Positions 6,884-11,733 of a stretch of 14,685 nucleotides of DNA are shown here, piece by piece (position 1 is the first letter of the stretch; every line of letters starts with the position of its first letter). The notes beneath the pieces were generated by a model. That model worked only from the letters and a program-made list of their open reading frames with translations, was not told where the DNA came from and searched no databases. Origin of the DNA: Crocosphaera subtropica ATCC 51142 (GTDB taxonomy: Bacteria > Cyanobacteriota > Cyanobacteriia > Cyanobacteriales > Microcystaceae). The position numbers were made by a program, and so were the translations under genes. The stretch lies in NCBI RefSeq assembly GCF_000017845.1, contig NC_010542.1, forward strand, positions 1 through 14,685. The letters are read 5' to 3'.

Positions 6884-7495
6884 ATGACTAAAAAGTTAGA
6901 AAAATTACTAGAGCAACGGGAGAAGATTAACGCACGGATACAGAAGGCGAGAGCGAGGGAGACAGCACAGAAAAGGAAGGAAGATACGAGACGAAAGATT
7001 TTACTAGGGGCGTTGGTGATAGAGATGATGGATAAGGGGGAATTAGATGATGGGGTTATTATGAAAAGATTAGAGGGATTTTTGACGAGAGATATTGATA
7101 GAAAGTTGTTTGATTTTCCTGTACAGGGAGATAGTGATTCAACGGAAACGACATCAGATAAAAAGCCTACATCTTCTAAGAAAACTACTGAGTCAAAGGG
7201 GGCTAAGAAGGGGTCAAGTGCGTCTCAAAGTAGTGAGGGAAAAATAGCTGATTTAATTAGAACAGAAGTAGAGGGATCATCGGTTGAGATTATTTTAGAA
7301 GAGTACCCTTCAGATCAGAAAATGGCTATTCTCAGAACAGTGAGAGAAGTTACTAACTTAGGACTTAAAGAGGCCAAAGATTTAATTGAGTCAACACCTT
7401 GTGTAATTCACAAAACGACTCAATCATCAGCTGATGGTGCTAAGAAAAAATTAGAGAAGTTTGGGGCTAAGGTGAGTTTAAAAGTTGATAGTTAA
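6884..7495 (+). CDS. mobC: MobC-type relaxosome accessory protein fused to a ribosomal bL12 (L7/L12) C-terminal-like domain
   Basis: Residues 1-80 ([41 protein letters not shown]...[14 protein letters not shown]) resemble RSF1010 MobC. Residues 81-130 are an S/T/K-rich linker. Residues ~131-200 ([67 protein letters not shown]) align with the E. coli RplL C-terminal domain. A good SD is present. Confidence 0.85.
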   Translation: [203 protein letters not shown]

Positions 7496-7499
7496 AAGT

Positions 7500-7634
7500 T
7501 TAGGGGTCAAAGGCTTTTGAGAAAGCTTCTGTGATGGGTTCAATTTGAAGGTCTTTGAGACGGGTATAAACGGCAGAACGGGCGATGCCGTAACGGTTGG
7601 GGAGTTGGGATAAGGGAATGCGGTCAATTTCCAT
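7500..7634 (-). CDS. 44-aa helix-turn-helix mini-protein, an excisionase/regulator-like candidate or gene remnant
   Basis: My own translation, below the track threshold: MEIDRIPLSQLPNRYGIARSAVYTRLKDLQIEPITEAFSKAFDP. The segment GIARSAVYTRLK is a typical HTH recognition-helix pattern. The start lies 13 nt from repeat copy A. There is no clear SD. Confidence 0.3.
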   Translation of the reverse strand: MEIDRIPLSQLPNRYGIARSAVYTRLKDLQIEPITEAFSKAFDP

Positions 7635-7646
7635 CTTGGTTGCGTA

Positions 7647-7692
7647 CTGGACTGTCTAGGACAGATTAGGTTAACGGTTGGGTAATTGTTCC
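7647..7692 (+). repeat. module-boundary repeat, copy A
   Basis: ctggactgtctaggacagattaggttaacggttgggtaattgttcc. It shares the blocks CTrGAC-N-GTCTAGGACA, GGTTAAC and AATTGTTC with copies B and C. By my hand count it matches copy C at about 35 of 46 positions without gaps. Confidence 0.8.
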
Positions 7693-7771
7693 AAAACAGA
7701 AATATTTAAGTTAAGAAAACCAAGTTTATAGTTAAAATTTATGTATTAGCTAAATAAGAGGAGAATTAAAC

Positions 7772-7978
7772 ATGAGCATTGAGCAACAGGATTTTGATGA
7801 CAAGCCAGAATGGTTAGTATCTGTCCTAAAAGAATTGGAAGCCTATGATAAAATGGGAAAGGAAGACAAAAAAAAGACTTTTCAAGAATTGGAGAAACGG
7901 ATAAAGAAAGAAGCTCTCTTAGAAGAACAAGTAGAAAATCTGGGAAAAAATTACTTGAACAACCAGGATAAAAATTAA
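7772..7978 (+). CDS. hypothetical 68-aa charged, likely helical protein
   Basis: A strong SD (aagaggag) lies 7-8 nt upstream of the ATG. It sits 6 nt upstream of the next ORF, giving operon-like spacing. No family recognised. Confidence 0.55.
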   Translation: MSIEQQDFDDKPEWLVSVLKELEAYDKMGKEDKKKTFQELEKRIKKEALLEEQVENLGKNYLNNQDKN

Positions 7979-7984
7979 GAAAAA

Positions 7985-8449
7985 ATGATGAATTTAAAGG
8001 AACAGAGTAAAGAAAAATTTTTAACGACTGAAGAGATTCAAGTTTTGTTCAACGATGGATTCACCAGTGAACAAGAGCGGGTTTTCTTTGGGGTTATGTT
8101 GTTTACGGGCTGTCATTTACATGAAGCTTGTGCCTTAGAAACGGCTGATGTTTATGATGAATCTGGTTTGGTTAGGGATGGGATCATTATTAGGAATAAG
8201 AATACCTTAAAAACAAGAATCATCCCCGTGTGTGAACCATTAAGGAAACTGTTGAGCAAATACAGTTTAAATCGTCAGGAACGTTACTTATTTCCTGAAG
8301 AGTCAGGGGGACATATTCAGTCTAAAACTGCGTCTAGAATCTTGAAAAAAGCCTGTGAAAAAGTGGGTCTTCTTAACGTTGATACCAATATTTTTAGAAA
8401 AACAATGGTTGCTCAAATGATGAATAGGAAAACCCCTTTTATATCATAG
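7985..8449 (+). pseudogene. degenerate, C-terminally truncated paralogue of the small tyrosine recombinase
   Basis: It aligns with the 11734..12339 product: LTTEEIQVLFNDGF vs LTSDQISLLFTEGF, and YLFPEESGGHIQSKTASRILKKACEKVG vs NLFPGRHGRGHIHKASADRILRGICKKLE. The catalytic Arg context AARINEA is replaced by GCHLHEA, and HSFRRT is replaced by NIFRKT. The ORF stops before the GH...Y nucleophile segment. Confidence 0.6.
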
Positions 8450-8466
8450 ATATCTAGAAAAATACC

Positions 8467-8631
8467 ATGAAAATCGATTTAACATCAGAACAAATTCATT
8501 ACTTGAAGTATTTGGTTTTGAAAGGAATAGCTGAAGCGAAAGAAGCATCGGCACCTGAGAGCCAAAAAATTTATGAGACGATTCTCTTGGCTTTAGATCA
8601 AGAAGTTAGAGAAGAAAATAATCTGAACTGA
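8467..8631 (+). CDS. hypothetical 54-aa protein
   Basis: My own translation: MKIDLTSEQIHYLKYLVLKGIAEAKEASAPESQKIYETILLALDQEVREENNLN. There is no obvious SD. Its stop codon abuts the 38-bp duplicated segment. Confidence 0.3.
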   Translation: MKIDLTSEQIHYLKYLVLKGIAEAKEASAPESQKIYETILLALDQEVREENNLN

Positions 8632-8665
8632 GTTCTAATAGGTAATCATCGGGATTAAGATTAAC
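8628..8665 (+). repeat. 38-bp segment nearly identical to 10052-10090 (duplicated 3' end of the RHH/HTH gene)
   Basis: ctgagttctaataggtaatcatcgggattaagattaac vs tgtgagttctaataggtaatcatcggggttaagattaag. On the minus strand both encode ..NLNPDDYLLEL... Around 8600-8720 the frame is broken by stops upstream, so this copy is a remnant. Confidence 0.8.
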
Positions 8666-8747
8666 TTTCATAAGAAATACTGTAGTCCAGCCAATTCGCT
8701 TTTGTTAGATAAATCAGCTAGAAAACTATTTATGTTAGATAAGACAA

Positions 8748-9341
8748 ATGGTAAAATTAAGACTGGAGAATCTAGAAAGAACGAGATTTAATTGCTGTAA
8801 AAAAAAGATGAATCAAAGAGAGCTTTCGGAAAAAGAATTTAATCAATATCACGACTTAAACAAAGTCAAAGAATCTCTAAAGTTGTTTGTTAAACATAAC
8901 TCGATTTTTGAAAACTCTTATCAAGATGAGGATGAGATTTGGAGGGATTATAAAACCAATATAGAATCATTAGAAATCGAGGAGATAAGTATAGAATATA
9001 AAGAAGAGAGTGCGGAATGCACCGCCGCTTTCCAGCCTGAAGTCACTTCAGGCTGGGTCGGCGGTAACATTAATTATAATGATATTACCTGCTATGATTT
9101 CGTAGCTAGTTTTAGCGTTGATTTAACGATAGAATTTGATTATTATCTGGGACCTAATTATACTCAAAAAGCTAGTTTTAAGAAAAACTCTAAAGATTCA
9201 GTCACAGTTTGTTTTACTTTTGATGAAGATTTTGATTTCAAATTAGAGTGGTGGGAATTTGAAAACAGCTATCTTGGAGATCCTGAATATGAAAAAGCCT
9301 ATGACTTGCTAGTAGATTGGTTATCTTTTAGTACCAGCTAA
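8748..9341 (+). CDS. hypothetical acidic protein (197 aa)
   Basis: A long ORF in AT-rich DNA. By my count it has about 40 D/E versus 22 K/R. The start is uncertain (alternative ATG at 8808) and there is no clear SD. It contains an in-frame GC-rich palindrome at 9021-9065. No family recognised. Confidence 0.55.
   Translation: MVKLRLENLERTRFNCCKKKMNQRELSEKEFNQYHDLNKVKESLKLFVKHNSIFENSYQDEDEIWRDYKTNIESLEIEEISIEYKEESAECTAAFQPEVTSGWVGGNINYNDITCYDFVASFSVDLTIEFDYYLGPNYTQKASFKKNSKDSVTVCFTFDEDFDFKLEWWEFENSYLGDPEYEKAYDLLVDWLSFSTS
9021..9065. repeat. 45-nt GC-rich nested palindrome lying in frame inside an AT-rich ORF
   Basis: accgccg ctttc cagcctgaagt c acttcaggctg ggt cggcggt. The inner stem is 12 bp (9032-9043 / 9045-9056) and the outer stem is 7 bp (9021-9027 / 9059-9065). 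It starts on a codon boundary, spans exactly 15 codons and encodes TAAFQPEVTSGWVGG. Confidence 0.8.
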
Positions 9342-9355
9342 GAAAATTAGCTATT

Positions 9356-9393
9356 CTGGACTATCTAGGACAGATTACGTTAAGTATTGTTCC
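9356..9393 (+). repeat. module-boundary repeat, copy B (shorter)
   Basis: ctggactatctaggacagattacgttaagtattgttcc. It is nearly identical to copy A over the first 26 nt and lacks ~8 nt of the spacer before ATTGTTCC. Confidence 0.8.
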
Positions 9394-9439
9394 TTCGTAC
9401 TAATAAAGTGGTTTATGGTAGTTAGTACATTAAAACTAA

Positions 9440-9889
9440 TTAAGATAACTCCATAATTCTTGCCCATATTGGAGTTTCTTCTTCTGAAGACTTCCAAACA
9501 GCTTTATCTAATTCTTCTTGTTCTAAAGGATGACCATACCCATGTTCAAAAAGGTTAAAACTTCCATCGGGATCTAAATATGCTTCTTGAATTAAAACTT
9601 CACTCAAATCTAAAGTTTCTTCTTCATTATCTTCTTGATAAAACTCTTTTTGTAAATAAGTATAGAAATAAAAATGTTGACGAGCGACCCCGGTCGGGTT
9701 CCCCGACCTTGGGAACGCGCGGTGACACTCTTCTACATCATCGGCTTGGAATATAGCTCTAATAAAAACATCATTTTCTGAACAAATATATCCCTCGGAT
9801 TCTTGATATTCTATTACATGATTGACTTTTCCTTTGGCATAATTTAAAGCGGCTTCAATTACTTTTGATAGGTTAGCAGTTTTTAACAT
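9440..9889 (-). CDS. hypothetical strongly acidic protein (149 aa)
   Basis: AAGGAAG lies ~12 nt upstream of the ATG. By my count it has about 30 D/E versus 12 K/R. It contains a GC-rich palindromic patch (plus-strand 9684-9726) encoding ..HRAFPRSGNPTGVARQ... No family recognised. Confidence 0.65.
   Translation of the reverse strand: MLKTANLSKVIEAALNYAKGKVNHVIEYQESEGYICSENDVFIRAIFQADDVEECHRAFPRSGNPTGVARQHFYFYTYLQKEFYQEDNEEETLDLSEVLIQEAYLDPDGSFNLFEHGYGHPLEQEELDKAVWKSSEEETPIWARIMELS
9684..9726. repeat. GC-rich patch with overlapping inverted repeats inside an AT-rich ORF
   Basis: ggtcggg (9692-9698) pairs with cccgacc (9702-9708), and gttccc (9698-9703) pairs with gggaac (9711-9716). The local GC content is far above that of the surrounding gene. 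Confidence 0.6.
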
Positions 9890-9939
9890 AATTCAGACTT
9901 CCTTATAGTGGCGAGGCGAGTTTTTACAGGGGATATATC

Positions 9940-9985
9940 CTAGACAGTCTAGGACAAACAAGGTTAACTTGCGGGGAATTGTTCA
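9940..9985 (+). repeat. module-boundary repeat, copy C
   Basis: ctagacagtctaggacaaacaaggttaacttgcggggaattgttca. It contains the near-perfect palindrome cctagac a gtctagg (9939-9953). It overlaps the stop codon of the 9983..10579 ORF and lies ~50 nt upstream (minus sense) of the 9440..9889 start. Confidence 0.8.
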
Positions 9986-10579
9986 CTCATCATCATCAGG
10001 GGCATCTGATGAGGGAAAATAACGACGTTGAGAAGGGGGTTTGTGCCACCCTGTGAGTTCTAATAGGTAATCATCGGGGTTAAGATTAAGTCGAGAAGCC
10101 CATTGATTTATTTGGCTTGAAGTTAGGTTAATCTTTTTACAAAGGTCGGTTTTTGTTAGACCTTCACTTATTTCTGTATCGGAACAAGTAAACTCTATGT
10201 TTCCTCTAGGGATGTCTTCAAATTTCTCCTTTAGAGAAGATAAACCTGTATTTATAAGAGCTTGTCTAAGTTGGTCAATTTCTGTTCTTAGGGACTCTAT
10301 CTCATCAGTAAACTCAGATTCTTGTTCAGCTACAGTAGCAGATAAGTCGTCTATTTCCGTGGTTTTAACTTTCAAGTTTTTGACTTCTTCTTCGAGTGTC
10401 TCTGGTAGCACTTCGGTAGGAATATTCCCCTCAAGGTAATGCTCAAGGATAATAACTAAGGCTTGAGATACCTTTTTTATTTTGTGAGTCTTCATCCAGG
10501 TTTCTAGACTGCTGTATAGGCTTAAATCTAGATAGGCTGTGACTTTAGCGTGATTCTTTAACCATTCGTTGGTAGCCAT
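9983..10579 (-). CDS. ribbon-helix-helix N-terminus, acidic coiled coil and C-terminal HTH-like domain; putative regulator or centromere-binding protein
   Basis: KVTAYLDLSLYSSLETWMKTHKIKKVSQALVIILEHYL fits a beta-strand/helix/helix RHH (CopG/Arc/ParG-like) pattern. The middle is EEEVKNLKVKTTEIDDLSATVAEQESEFTDEIESLRTEIDQLRQAL. The C-terminus GLTKTDLCKKINLTSSQINQWASRL is HTH-like. The gene sits directly downstream of the AT-rich repeat field. Confidence 0.65.
   Translation of the reverse strand: MATNEWLKNHAKVTAYLDLSLYSSLETWMKTHKIKKVSQALVIILEHYLEGNIPTEVLPETLEEEVKNLKVKTTEIDDLSATVAEQESEFTDEIESLRTEIDQLRQALINTGLSSLKEKFEDIPRGNIEFTCSDTEISEGLTKTDLCKKINLTSSQINQWASRLNLNPDDYLLELTGWHKPPSQRRYFPSSDAPDDDE
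10052..10090 (+). repeat. partner of the 8628-8665 duplication, within the intact gene
   Basis: See 8628-8665. Here the segment is part of the intact 9983..10579 reading frame. Confidence 0.8.
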
Positions 10580-10950
10580 TACTCTTTTATATAAAATTAA
10601 ATAACTTAAAGTCCTCTGTAGTTTAACTAATTTAACTTAAATTAAGTTACTACATTAATTATAGTATAATACTATTTAATTAAGTAGCGCATCAATAAAA
10701 AGTTTAAATTATAAAGTAAGGTACTTAATTAAATTAGTAATTAATTTTACTAAACTACATAAATATTAGTATATTACTTAAATAAACAATTAGTAAATTG
10801 ATATAGATTAACTACTTAGTATAATACTGTAAGTAACTTAAGTAAAGTAACTTAAGTAAAGTAATTTAAAGTAGTAAATGTAGATTGAGTATTGTTGTAT
10901 AACACTTAATTTTATATAGTAAGGTACTTTAAGTTACTCTAGTAAACTAC
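10580..10950. repeat. extremely AT-rich repeat field; candidate oriV or centromere/operator region
   Basis: No ORFs. The palindrome agtat-a-atact within tagtataatact occurs at 10662-10673 and 10817-10828, and both copies contain TATAAT. The inverted repeat taactta aat taagtta lies at 10633-10649. The core gtaactta occurs at 10834-10841 and 10848-10855, and its complement taagttac at 10643-10650 and 10930-10937. agtaaggtactt occurs near 10706 and 10919. Confidence 0.6.
10831..10880 (+). repeat. about 3.5 tandem copies of a 14-nt unit (iteron-like)
   Basis: aagtaactt | aagtaaagtaactt | aagtaaagtaattt | aaagtagtaaatg. The two full units are at 10840-10853 and 10854-10867. Confidence 0.75.
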
Positions 10951-10991
10951 TAATGCTGAAACCTTTATAGGGAGAGGGTTTAAAAAATAAA

Positions 10992-11089
10992 GCAGCCTGG
11001 AACCGACTGAAGCGAGTGGAGCGTAGCGGAACGAGTGGAAGGAGGTGGAGAGGCTGCACTAGGGGGGTGTGGGGGGAGACATCCCCCCA
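10992..11089. repeat. GC-rich island with terminal inverted repeats, internal direct repeats and a G6/C6 hairpin
   Basis: gcagcct (10992-10998) pairs with aggctgc (11051-11057). cgagtgga is repeated at 11013-11020 and 11032-11039. tgggggga (11070-11077) pairs with tcccccca (11082-11089) around a 4-nt loop. There is no convincing ORF on either strand. Confidence 0.6.
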
Positions 11090-11249
11090 TATCATCTACA
11101 AAAGTTTTAAAAGTTAAAAGAAGCGTGTTTTAGATGCTAAGTGCATAACTAGGATACTTCAAACCTAAATGAATTTAATAGCAACATTTAGTTGCTGGCA
11201 TCGGAGAAAACAATCTTTGTACAAACTACCAGTTAGTGAGAAAAAGGAA

Positions 11250-11573
11250 ATGAAGAATTGCCAGTTTTTACATAAGTTCATTTTGCCCATGGCTATGGTT
11301 ACAGTTGTGATGAATATTGCAGCACCAGCGATTAGTCAAGTTCGAGTAAACGAGAGTCAGACACGGCAACCGACTCGAACGACAAAGCCTAATAATCTTG
11401 TAAATGATCGAGAAGAAAAAATTGAAATAGATGAGGTTTTGCTTGAACGAGAGACAGAGACAGCGCGAGCTATAGTTAAGCCTGGAGGAGGAAGAATTGC
11501 CAGATTTCTTTGGTGCAGATTCGGTCCCCAGGGCGGTTCCCGAGACAAATGTGCCGCACAAGCTAATGAGTGA
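11250..11573 (+). CDS. small putative secreted protein (107 aa from the ATG at 11250)
   Basis: The track ORF is 11169..11573. The internal start gives MKNCQFLHKFILPMAMVTVVMNIAAPAISQV, a plausible Sec signal peptide ending in A-x-A-like APAISQ. The mature part is charged and has two Cys near the C-terminus. Antisense ORFs of similar size exist, so coding is not certain. Confidence 0.4.
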   Translation: MKNCQFLHKFILPMAMVTVVMNIAAPAISQVRVNESQTRQPTRTTKPNNLVNDREEKIEIDEVLLERETETARAIVKPGGGRIARFLWCRFGPQGGSRDKCAAQANE

Positions 11574-11733
11574 CATACTCCCTTGTCTCAAAATCTAGAG
11601 TTGATGAGGCTTTGCCCTTAAGTCAGTGCCATTGACCTCTAACCTTCACAATCGCGCTTGATGAGTCTCCTCATTGCTGGGGAGATTCTTTATCAAACTT
11701 TAGCCCTTATGACTTGACGAAAGCCAGATAAGT

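Noticed and set aside
7647-9985. The 46-bp boundary repeats considered as integron attC sites
   Set aside because: A GTTRRRY core is seen only in copy B (GTTAAGT), and the copies lack the paired R''/L'' and L'/R' architecture. The ORFs between them are in mixed orientation. The nearby recombinase is a minimal enzyme with no sign of the IntI-specific insertion. I keep them as a generic site-specific recombination or operator hypothesis instead.
10197-10439. 80-aa + strand ORF antisense to the RHH/HTH gene
   Set aside because: It is Ser-rich and is the mirror image of the acidic coiled-coil coding region (GAA/GAT-rich sense gives TTC/ATC-rich antisense). It has no RBS.
10831-10880. Tandem repeats considered as a CRISPR array
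   Set aside because: The units are 14 nt, directly abutting with no spacers, AT-rich and non-palindromic, and no cas genes are present. This is iteron-like or satellite-like, not CRISPR.
11061-11077. Two G6 runs (aggggggtgtgggggga) considered as a G-quadruplex
   Set aside because: There are only two G-tracts, so four separated G3 runs would require zero-length loops. The adjacent C6 run makes a simple hairpin the more likely structure.
11460-11573. KPGGG followed by a Cys-containing tail in the small secreted ORF, considered as a double-glycine leader / RiPP precursor
   Set aside because: The protein has an N-terminal Sec-type signal rather than a GG-type leader. No peptidase-domain ABC transporter or modification enzyme is nearby, and the GG context does not match the usual leader consensus.
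11268-11591. Minus-strand ORFs 11268..11591 and 11357..11548 overlapping the small secreted-protein ORF
   Set aside because: The peptides are Cys/Ser/Leu-rich with no recognisable features. The + strand frame has a plausible signal peptide. None of the three is proven, so the + strand call carries only 0.4 confidence.
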